Assembly: GCA_010015805.1 (NCBI GenBank)
Contig: ML978121.1
Coordinates: forward strand, 3,100,001-3,164,000
From: Rhizodiscina lignyota
Taxonomy: Eukaryota
DNA length: 64,000 nt
Reading direction: 5' to 3'
Under the pieces are notes generated by a model. It saw only the letters and a list, made by a program, of their open reading frames with translations. It was not told where the DNA came from and did no database searches. How positions within the stretch are numbered: position 1 is the first letter of the stretch; every line of letters starts with the position of its first letter. This document shows positions 12,662-23,185 of this stretch, piece after piece. A program made the position numbers and the translations under genes.

Positions 12662-13348
12662 CTAACCTAATAGCGGCAGCTCCCCAGGCACAATATCTCC
12701 TGACTGTTTCGCAGATCCATGGGCCCTGGCAACAATTCCATATGCCGGGAAGTACTTGTCCAAGAACGGTAGGACCTCCTCAGTGCCTGGTGTGTTCCTC
12801 CAATCCTTCATCAAGAACATCGAGACACCGAACAGGCCGGTCAAGTGTACACCAGCGCCTTCCATTCTCCGATTCGCATCCTCTGCCAACTTCGGTGTAG
12901 CCGTTCCAGATGCTTCCGTGTTCGCCCATACACTGTAACCAGCTTCCCTCAAACTGAGCGCCAGGAACATGGTACACACCTCCGTCACTATGCCTCCTAA
13001 GATGATCTGCCTCCTCCCTGTTGCTTCGACTGCCGCCCGGAAGTCTGGGTTGTCCCATGCATTGACCTCACCATTGCGCTTGATGAAGGGTGCATCTGGA
13101 TACATCTCGGTAATCTCCTTCGGCAATGGACCATTCGGGCCTGTCTCGGCGGAAGTTGTCATTACGACGGGGAGATTGAAGAGCTTTCCCAACTCTGCGT
13201 GGGCCAGAATGTTGTTTCGGAATTCCGCAGTGGTGTAGTCTTTCACCAGCTGAAGGAGACCAAGCTGGTGATCGACAATCAGAAGAATGGCCTTGTCGGC
13301 ATCCAAGCGCTCGAACTTGTATGGTTGAGTAGTCCAATGACCAGACAT
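12662..13348 (-). CDS. Isochorismatase-like cysteine hydrolase, YcaC type
   Basis: LLIVDHQLGL, TTSAETGPNGPL, GEVNAWDNPDFRAAVEATGRRQIILGGIVTEVC. Intronless. Confidence 0.92.
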   Translation of the reverse strand: MSGHWTTQPYKFERLDADKAILLIVDHQLGLLQLVKDYTTAEFRNNILAHAELGKLFNLPVVMTTSAETGPNGPLPKEITEMYPDAPFIKRNGEVNAWDNPDFRAAVEATGRRQIILGGIVTEVCTMFLALSLREAGYSVWANTEASGTATPKLAEDANRRMEGAGVHLTGLFGVSMFLMKDWRNTPGTEEVLPFLDKYFPAYGIVARAHGSAKQSGDIVPGELPLLG

Positions 13349-14486
13349 GATTGCAATGAAAGACAGGAAGATCTGTGCTATGTTCGAAGTTGATGGAACT
13401 GATGACTACAAGGAGATTTGGGACAGCAACGAATCCAATTCAACTTATAATATATACACTCTTTGGAATATGACGGCAACCTGATTGTTTAGGCATCAAT
13501 ATCCTCAACTCAAGAGCACTTGGATTGGTAACTCAGCAGCATGAATTACATGAACAACGCCAAGTCTCTCAATGAAGCCTTTCGCCATCTTCAACCACAC
13601 TCCAATAGGCTCCCTGATGGTTTGACGGAGCCTTACTAAGCGCCGCTGGCGTGGTTCACAAGTAGTTTGAGTATGTGGATAGGGTTGTCTTGCAGATTTG
13701 AAAGCTTTTTAGAGCTTATGTAATGGAGGTTGACCCTTGCAGTGGATACTTTCTGATCCTCATAACTTATCTTTGTACCGAATGGGGGCCTCGTGACGAT
13801 TCATCTTGACATGTGGATTCTCGCTGGCCTTGGACGCCAATTGCATTGGCGAAAGCTTCCAAATATTGAAGGATAGCGCTGTTGGTCCAGCGGCACTCGG
13901 CCTTCTGAATGCCAAGCATGCTGTCGGACCCTTTTGGCGATGGGGTACATGAGGCTAGAATGATGCGTTCTGTTGTGCCTGATCATCAGCCTTTTCACCT
14001 TCATCTGCGCTCTCAAGTGGATTGTTGATGGAGACGCTTGCTGAACCACACGGAGAGTTGTCTGCCACAGCGCGGATCTGCAGCAGGGCCTTGAGGCGCT
14101 GACGCCACGCGAAAATGAGCGCGCCGCGTCGGCCAATCAGGGCGCGCTCCGATTAAATTTGAAATGTTGAAGAGCAGGCCTTTTGTTGAATCCCGATATC
14201 TTCCATGCGCCTTTCTTCGCCTCACAAGCGCAAACGCTTCCGAGAGATCGTCTTTCGCTTCTTTCCTGTATTCATTACCTTACCTTGAGCATAAACGGTG
14301 TGTAATTCGTGTATTTCTGATCTGCTGCCGGAGCGTCTGGGGAGCCGAAGTAGCTTCGCCTGAATATCGGAATTTCAAGCCACATCTTAGTTTCTCCACT
14401 TTCTATATCCTTCAATATACGGAGTACTTATCGGCAGAGTCTATTCCCATGATCCACCGCTGAGTGAAATTCATGTTTTGAAGACA

Positions 14487-16928
14487 ATGGCTCACACTTC
14501 AAACGGCACGGCGGCAGCCAGTAATGGGGTCAATGGCACAAACGGAGCCCACACCAATGGTGGAACAGGGCCAAAGAAGTTGTGGGAACATACTTCCCCA
14601 GACACCACGAAGATGACGGAATTCATGAAGATGATCAATAAGAAGTTCAAGCTGGACTTGAAGAGCTACGAAGATCTGCATCGTTGGAGTGTCGACAATG
14701 TTTCGGACTTTTGGAAAGAGGTTTGGGACTTCACAGGGATAACGGCATCACAGCCCTACGAAAAGGTATGTGGCGGTCTTTTCTCAATCTGAATTATGTT
14801 GACAAAGTTCAGGTTGTGGAAGAGGATGCCCAAATGTTTCCGCGGCCAAGCTGGTTCAAAGGTGCTAAGCTCAATTTCGCGGAAAACCTCTTGTTCCCAA
14901 AGGAAGCCGTTCCGGCGAACAGTCTAGCAATCATTGCCGCCACTGAAACTACCAGAGAGACCGTTACGTGGACCCAACTGCGCGGCCGTGTCTCTTATTG
15001 CCAGGCAGCAATGATGGCACTGGATCTGCGAGAGGGTGATCGAGTGGCTGGATATGTTGCCAACCACACCAATGCGTTGGTTGCGATGCTCGCCGCTACT
15101 TCATTAGGCCTTGTGTGGACTGCCGTGAGTCCTGACACCGGGGTCCATGCTGTGCTGGAACGAATGAAGCAAATTGAGCCGGTCATGCTCTTTGCGGACA
15201 ACGCGAGCTTTTATAACGGCCGAAGCCATCCCACTTCTGCGAAAGTCGAAGAGATTGTTGCAGAACTTCCGACTCTGCGATCCGTTGTCATTTTCCCAAC
15301 GGTGCCTTCGGAAACGTTCGATCTTAGCAAGCTCAAGCTCGCAAATGGGACAGCGTATACATGGGAATCTTTCATAAGCCTTGTAACCTGGAGTCCACAA
15401 CTGCACTTCAAGCAGCTTCCTGCCGATCATCCGACATATATTCTTTATAGTTCTGGGACGACTGGAGCACCGAAATGCATTGTGCATGGCCTGATCGGGA
15501 CGCTCATACAGCACAAGAAAGAGCACGTGCTACACTGTGGAATTAAACCAGGCTCTCGAGTCTTCTATTTTACTACTTGCACATGGATGATGTGGCATTG
15601 GCTCGTATCGGTGAGTTTTTGATGGTGTGAATTACATTGCTTCTGTGCGGCTGGATCTGCGTTGTCACTGTCGAGCGCCGGGCTGAGTTAGCTTGAGCTG
15701 GCCCCAAACTACGCGTCGCAGGAGCACGGGAGCTATCTTTGTGCTACTAGTCCTAACATGCCCTGAGGAACAAGCGAGCAACTTTAAGCGCATCTACGAC
15801 CAAGAGACCCTTGGAACCCCGCTAACTTTCTATAACTTTATAGGCTCTCTCTTCTGGCGCTACCCTCGTTTTGTACGATGGTAGCCCCTTCCGCTACGCA
15901 TCTCCAACCCAGCCTGGGACGTCTATTCCATACGACTTGGCCATGCCGCGGCTGATTGACGAAGTCGGCATCACGCACTTTGGGACGTCAGCAAAGTATC
16001 TCTCTGTGCTCGAGCAGAAAGCGGTCGTGCCATTGAAGAGTCTGGAGCTGAAAACGCTCGAGGCCATATATTCCACGGGGTCGCCCCTTGCGCCGTCAAC
16101 GTTCCAATACGTGTACGACGCATTCCCAAAAACGGTCAATCTTGGCAGCATTACAGGTGGTACCGACATTATTTCATTGTTCGGATCCCCATGCCCGCTC
16201 GTGCCCGTTTACCTTGGCGAGATCCAGTGTTTAGGTCTAGGCATGGCCGTTCAGGCGTGGGATTACAGTGGGAAGGACGTTTCCCGGGTGGGAGAAGAAG
16301 GCGAGCTCATGTGCGTGAAGCCGTTCCCATGCCAGCCGGTTTCATTCTGGGGCGAAAACGGCGAAGCGAAATACCGGAGCAGCTACTTTGAGAAATTTGA
16401 AGGGCTGTGGTGCCATGGCGACTACGTTAGAATAAATCCGGATACTGGAGGCCTGGTGATGCTTGGTCGCAGCGATGGCGTGCTGAAGCCGGCCGGAGTG
16501 CGTTTCGGTAGCGCAGAAATTTATAACGTCTGCTTAAAGCATTTCGCAGATGCGGTGGACGATGCGCTCTGTATTGGAAGACGAAGAGAGACGGATACCG
16601 ATGAGACTGTCGTTCTCTTCTTGAGAATGGCCGAAGGGAAGAATTTCGGCACGGAGCTCGCCGACAGTATCAAGGCCGTTATCAAGAAGGAGCTGAGCGC
16701 GCGGCACGTGCCGGGCATTATAGACGAGTGTCCTGCGATTCCTGTCACGACGAACGGGAAGAAGTGAGTACGCCTTGGAACTAGTTACCTTGAAAGCGGC
16801 TGACACGGCGTAGGGTCGAAGGAGCGGTCAAGCAAATATTGTGCGGCATGAACGTCAAGACTTCGGCATCAGTTGCGAACGCAGAATGTCTTGATTGGTA
16901 TAGAGAGTGGGCAAAGCAGCACGGGTGA
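14487..16928 (+). CDS. Acetoacetyl-CoA synthetase (acetoacetate-CoA ligase)
   Basis: WFKGAKLNFAENLL, YILYSSGTTGAPKCIVH, TTCTWMMWHWL, GSITGGTDIIS, HGDY, GRSDGVLKPAGVRFGSAEIY, TTNGKK|VE. Introns at about 14766-14812, 15611-15843 and 16764-16813. Confidence 0.95.
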
Positions 16929-17078
16929 CGCGTTGATGTTCGACCTTCGCTCGGAGTTCGTAGATATATCGTGGGAAGCAATGAAGTGCGATCCATTATA
17001 AATTGCTACTCTTACGTGCTTGTAGATTGGGCGTCTCATTCGATGTGCGTCGGCTGGCAGAGATATGGACATGCGGGT

Positions 17079-17576
17079 TGACGTAGCCTTCTTATCGAAT
17101 GTTCACGAGCCTTCCTTCGGGCGGGCAGAGCCCCGCATCCAGATGATCGGACTTATGAAAGGTAATAAGGTGACGTTCAGAAGTGATAAAATGACGTTAG
17201 GTGCGCAGGAACGTGATTCAGCCTAGGCCTCCACATTGTGTGTGCCGGAGCGGCGCACGATTCACGCGTGGGGAAGCCAAAGCTCAGTCAAACCGGAGTA
17301 TGCTCCGGCGTGGATCGTCGATGGATGGAGCTGCTCGGCACAGCGCTTGTGCGGTGGTGCAAGGGCAATGCTTGCGGCTGGCTTGCGATGCATGCATTTC
17401 TCACCTGACGCGAGGATCGAAATCGCAACGATCGCCCATTGCGGCGGGAGATGTCGACAGCAAATGCGCATTGCACTGGAATGTCAAGCCACGCTTCGCC
17501 ACGGGTCGTGCACACGAAGCGCGTCGACGCTGCTCGTTGGACCGGCGACAAAGTCCGCCCAACACGGCTTACGTCA
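17079..17576. promoter_or_regulatory. Cluster of CRE/ATF-like sites upstream of the bZIP gene
   Basis: TGACGT at 17079, 17171 and 17192; TTACGTCA at 17569-17576. Confidence 0.5.
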
Positions 17577-18661
17577 TGGCGGGCGCGGTAAACATGGGCT
17601 TCTAACATGCACTTTCGCACATTCCCATGCTCTTCCTTGCCTTTTGCACCTCACGGAGTCTTCTCCAAACGACGCAACTGCCCAAGGCCCACTGATTGGC
17701 TGCGGCACCCGTTCCGACTTGTTCAAGATATCACCGAACCTTCACTCTCGCCTCTCTCTCCCCTCCCGCCCAAGTTAAAAGTAAGGCTCGCTGAAAGCAT
17801 TGCCATCTTTCCAACGTCGCTGCTGCTGCACCATACCAACGTCGACCCCCACCAAGACACTGACGCACTTCTGCCTCTTGCACCACCTCAATCGCCCTGA
17901 GGAATGGTCAAAGGGCCTGTATCGTGAAAGCAACGTACAAGTACAACAGTATTGTGGTTTTGAAAAACCCGACTCCATTCCAGCGAAGCAAGGTTCGCAA
18001 GCAAACCTCGGCCCGCCAGGCCACAAGCGGACCCAACTCTACCAACCCGAACGCCTGCAATTCAAAAAGCCATTCTAGAATTGTCCAGCAAGTCTTAGGC
18101 CGTTCGAAACTAACTCTTCTGGAAAAGCTGCAGCTGTAAAGCCACCCCCGCTTCCTCGTACTTTACTCCGACCGCGACCGTTTGGCCACCGTGCCATACC
18201 AGACACTCGGAGAGCACCATCCATCGACCGCATCGACCAGTTGCAGACGCGCAAAAAGACATTTGCAACGCGCGTGTGTGGGGAAGCCTTCCTACGCGCC
18301 AACCTTGTTTGAACGTGGTCTGTGTCGCCTCCACGATAATAGGATCCTCTCACGCATCGCGCCGTTGAGACGTTCCTGCCAACCTTGACGTGCCCCACCA
18401 GCGTCTCCAACGACACCCGACGGCACAGCGACGTGCTCCAAGCAAACAATCTCGACAGAAGTCGTCCAGCTCGGCCGCAGAACTGTACTTCTCACCACGA
18501 GCAAGTCTACAAGCAAACGAAACCGCATATTGTTTGCCATCAGCTGCAGGGCCCGGACAAAGCAGCTCAAGTCCTCTCGGAGGAACCTCCGACATCAGTG
18601 TACTGGCTCCTAACCTAGAAATCCACATCAGAGGCGTATCCCAAACGGACCGTCAGTCAGA

Positions 18662-19669
18662 ATGACGACCACTTTCTCCCAGCCCAGCTTTGGTGAGGGC
18701 GCTTCCGCCTTCACCATGCCGCCGCTTGTCGATTCTTTCCCAGCAGGCCCCTACGACTTTGGTCCGAATAATGACATGGGCCTGTCGCCCTTCTCTCTCG
18801 AAAATTCCGATGCCCAAATGCCAGCAGCTGACCCCATCATGTGGGGCGGCATGTCACAGCTCTCCTTGGACCAGGGCGCACAGAAGTATTACCATATGAA
18901 TCACATCAGCCAGTACGGACAGATCACTCCTCCAAACGACTCCACGCCAAATCTGGACCCGGTGCTTGCAAATGGGGAGCTTGGCAATGAGGATGATATG
19001 CAGGAAGATGTGCAGCCGAAGCGAAAGCACACAAGTAAGCGAGCAAAGCGGGAAGCTCAGGTGAAGCGAAAGTCGAAAGAAGCAGAGGTAGATGACGATC
19101 CCAAACCGAGAAAGGCGACTCGAAAGGCACGCAAAGGATACAAGGCTACAACGAAAGAAGAAGAAGACGATTCTGAAGGAGAGGTAAAGCGCGAGAAATT
19201 CCTCGAGCGCAATAGGGTAGCTGCTAGCAAGTGCAGACAGAAGAAGAAAGAATGGACTTCGGGTCTTGAGTCCCACGCTCGTGACCTCGCAACACAGAAT
19301 GCTACCCTTCACGCCTACGCTCTGCAACTGCGAAACGAAGTGCTGCTCCTTAAGGGGGAGTGCCTGAGGCATACCGACTGCGACTGCACTCGCATCCGTG
19401 AGTACCTCGACCGCAGCATATCCAGAATGAATCCCTCTGGTGCGCTGCACGGCATGCCACAGCCGTTCAATGTCCGGAAGCCGTCGATGGAGTCTACGTA
19501 TACCCTCGACACTCTCAACACCGCGACGACCGCATCCAGGACCGGTTCACTGGAGTCTGATCAAGGCGGAGGTATGTCAGCGGCATCGGAACAAGAGATG
19601 CAGGCTCTTCTCGAGGCATCGATTGCCTCTTCGAACGGAGCAAGTCCGGAGAGCACTGGCGACGAGTAA
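18662..19669 (+). CDS. ATF/CREB-family bZIP transcription factor (AtfB/Atf21-like)
   Basis: KREKFLERNRVAASKCRQKKKEW basic region, leucine zipper, CLRHTDCDC and upstream YGQITPP motif. Confidence 0.93.
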   Translation: MTTTFSQPSFGEGASAFTMPPLVDSFPAGPYDFGPNNDMGLSPFSLENSDAQMPAADPIMWGGMSQLSLDQGAQKYYHMNHISQYGQITPPNDSTPNLDPVLANGELGNEDDMQEDVQPKRKHTSKRAKREAQVKRKSKEAEVDDDPKPRKATRKARKGYKATTKEEEDDSEGEVKREKFLERNRVAASKCRQKKKEWTSGLESHARDLATQNATLHAYALQLRNEVLLLKGECLRHTDCDCTRIREYLDRSISRMNPSGALHGMPQPFNVRKPSMESTYTLDTLNTATTASRTGSLESDQGGGMSAASEQEMQALLEASIASSNGASPESTGDE

Positions 19670-20343
19670 CAGGTGACGTAGAAGGAGCTCTGAACGAGGG
19701 AACTGGAGTGAGCAGGGGTTGTCGAGTCTCTTCCGAAGCGTGTCGAGGTGGCGGAAGAGCTGTCGATGCATCTTTAGGGGAGTTCATTCTTTGGCGGCGG
19801 TCTCCAGTCAGCGAAAAGTGGTGTTTTTGAGGAGTTAAAACTTATCCCTGGCATGCGTTACGATGTTGCATGAGGCTTTTCCTTTACCGATTATGTACAT
19901 CGGATGGGTCTCTTGATGAGCGGGCATGTCCTGAAACAGCAGGGCAGATGTTCGTATATAAATAAATGCAGAACTTAGCCGAAGACTCATTCGTGATGAA
20001 ATGACTTGCGTGATGGTGACGTCGAGGGACTTGATCCCTGGGGCCTCGACAAGGCATCAACATTGAATGATGCGCACGGCTTAGATAATCATGCAACAGT
20101 CGAGATACGTCTGTAGTGCGAAATATATAATTGGAAGTTCTCGCCCGTAAAATTAGGTGATTATTGGTGTTGTGGTTGGTGATCTCTACACAGTATCCCG
20201 CGGCTTCCCCACACGTTTTGTGACAGGGGTTGGGGAGCTACTTCGTGGAGCTTCGTGCTCCGTACGGGCGTACCAACGTCATCTTCTTAGAAATGCTCTC
20301 ATTTTCTTCCAGAAAACTCTTCTGACTATTCGTCGTCTTACTT

Positions 20344-21567
20344 ATGAGTTTCCTGATCTCAACGACGCGTCGAGCTTTCACCAAAACCCCAATTTCACCA
20401 GCTGTCAGCCACCTTCCGATATCAGACGAGTAGTGGACTAAGTTCATCGCAGAGAACGAGCAGACGCGCCATGCATATCCACTCGATCCCCATGTGTACG
20501 TCGGAGCTCTCCATTGACTTCGCGGAGAATCTGGACTGACTTGATCGTATACAGGGACGGGGAAGGGCAACAATTATGCCTATGTTGTGTCCGACTCAAA
20601 GACTAAAGAAGCTGTCGTCATTGATCCCGCGAATCCTCCTGAGTGAGTTGGCTCACGCTCGGAATGAAGCGGGTCAATCTCCTGATACATTGCGCGCAGA
20701 GTACTTCCTGTCCTGAAGGAGCAGACGGATAGCGGCAAGATTAAATTGACGAGCATTATCAACACCCACCAGTATGTTTCCGCGGCCAGCGCTTGAACGG
20801 ACGTTCTGACCGAGAGACAGCCACCACGACCATGCCGGTGGGAACTCTGAAATAGTGCGTCATTCCAGTCCACTGGCTCATGCCTCTGCTGACCTCGATC
20901 TCGCACCAGCTCAAGCACTACCCGCTTCCCGTAATCGGCGGCAAAGACTGCGCACATGTTACGAATACCCCAGCCCACAATTCGACCTTCACAATCGGCG
21001 ATAGCATCAAAGTCCGGGCGTTACACACTCCGTGCCACACGCAAGACAGCATTTGCTATTTCTTCGAGGATGGCGACGAGAGGGCGGTATTCACGGGAGA
21101 TACACTGTTCATTGGAGGTCAGTCGCATACTACAAAGGTTCTCAGCCGTGCAGAAGCAAGCTGATGATTAGGCAGGCTGCGGAAGGTTTTTCGAAGGTAC
21201 GCCGGAGGAGATGGATAAAGCCTTGAATCAGATCCTAGGCTCGCTCCCGGACGATACTAAGGTCTATGTACGTTCATACACATTGGTCAACATGGTGCTC
21301 GCACTGACTTATAATGCGCAGCCGGGTCACGAATACACGAAGGGCAATGTCAAGTTCGCAATCCAGGTTTCCCAGGACGATGCAATCAAGAGGCTACACA
21401 AGTTTGCGGAAGAAAACAAGGAAACGCAGGGGAAGACTACAATCGGTGACGAAAAGGAGTTCAACGTCTTCATGCGCTTGAATGACCCCACGATCCAGAA
21501 AGCAACAGGTGCAAGCGAGCCGCTGCAGGTCATGGCAAAACTACGTGAGATGAAGAATGCGGCGTAG
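20344..21567 (+). CDS. GLO2: Hydroxyacylglutathione hydrolase (glyoxalase II); core ATG at 20471, possible mitochondrial isoform from 20344
   Basis: MHIHSIPMW..NNYAY, THHHHDHAGGN (spliced), LHTPCHTQDSIC, FTGDTLFIGGCGRFFEG, PGHEYTKGN, EKEFNVFMR. Several short introns. Confidence 0.95.
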
Positions 21568-21847
21568 ACGGCGATTGGGTTCTGGGCTGGTAGGTAACTC
21601 TAAGTTCCTTGCGCTAGTTATCTGAGGGCCTAACGGCTTTCAAAAGTCACGTAAAACCAAGGAACGCATACCAGCTCCCTCAATACAATCACAGGGTAAT
21701 TATAGAATACTTTCGGTGAACAATGTCTCATCATGACCTTGCATTCTTTGCACGTGATCATCCCTGGTTGAGGCAGCTGTTTCAAGTCCAGCGTCAGAAT
21801 CTGCCACCTTTAATATCCTTAAAAGCAGAGAGAATTTCGAGATCAAC

Positions 21848-23159
21848 ATGACAGAGAACAAAATGCTACGTGTGCCAAGGAACTATCTACTTTATCTCTG
21901 CGTCGTCGCCGTCTTCGGCGTTTGTTGGCTATGGCTGTCGAGAATCGTGCCACGAGCAAGGGTGCCCGCTGTGGGAACCCAGAACAATGGCGCATCTTTC
22001 GAGAGATGGGAGAAGGAAATTCGCAACGAGACCCTTGGCGTACGAAGGCAGACATTGAGATATATATATAATGCCACCGCTGACATGTGCGCAGTTCCAA
22101 AAGATCCTTTGTATCAACCTGCCCGAGAGGACCGATCGCTTTGACGCCATGAGACTGGCGGCTACAGCGAGCGACATGGACCTGTACTTTGTCGATGGCA
22201 TCAGAGGCGAAATGGTCTCAGACAGAGTCCTGCCGCTGGGCGCGGAAAAGGTTCTGCTTTCACTAGGTCAACGGGGGAAGTGGCGAGCGCATATGGACGC
22301 GCTGCTCGCAGTTGTTCAGGAAAACCTCACGACGGCCTTGATCGTAGAAGACGATGTCGACTGGGATGTGCGCATCAAGAGCCAGCTTGTCCAGTTCGCC
22401 CGTGGTGCTTCTGTTTTAACGCAGCCGCTCCGGGGCAGTCGTCCCGGATTTGCAGACCCAAGCTTTCCGAACCCAAACACGAAAGTGGAGGCCGATTCGA
22501 GCCAGTTCGAAATTGACATGGCCGATGCTCCAGAGACCGTGGTGCCATCGGATTCCCCGTACGGCGATTCATGGGACGTCCTCTGGCTGGGACACTGCGG
22601 AACGAAATTTCCAGAAGCAGGCTCTTGGCCTTCAACTCCATTAGGGCGAGCAGTGTTCCGAAACGACGATACTGTTCCACAGACACAGCATCTCGGCGCG
22701 TATAGCCACCTTGCTTTCGAGTATAGCACCGATGAGCTTCAGCAAACATATCCGAACCATACCCGAGTCGTCCATCATGCAGCTGGGACAAGCTGCAGTC
22801 TAGCATATGCAGTCAACCAGCGCAGTGCACGGCGGCTGTTGTACGAACTCGGGCTCAAAAAACTCAATGCACAGTTTGATCTCATGCTCAGCCAGTACTG
22901 TGATGGGAAGGATGGAAGGCAATACCATAACTGTCTAACGGTGCAGCCTGCCTTGATCAAATCACATCAGCCTGCGGGTTTGAAATCGTCATTGAGTGAC
23001 GTTTCTACGGACGACGACGATGGGATGGTATTGAGCGATCCTTTTACGAACCACATACGCGTAAGCACCAGAATCAACTTGTCCAGACTCCTCGAGGGCA
23101 CCCCGACGCTCGTAGATTCATTTCCAGACGACGAACCACCCACCAACTTCGACACATGA
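21848..23159 (+). CDS. Glycosyltransferase family 25 protein, type II membrane
   Basis: N-terminal TM, NETLG|FQKILCINLPERTDR, ALIVEDDVDWDVRIKSQL, SPYGDSWDVLWLGHCG. One intron at about 22040-22094. Confidence 0.9.
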
Positions 23160-23185
23160 CGAAATATGATCCAGAGCTATCACTG

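Noticed and set aside
15611..15843. TPP riboswitch in the long intron
   Set aside because: GCTGAG is present but the downstream CTGAT...TAAT...GCG core is not, and the host gene is unrelated to thiamine.
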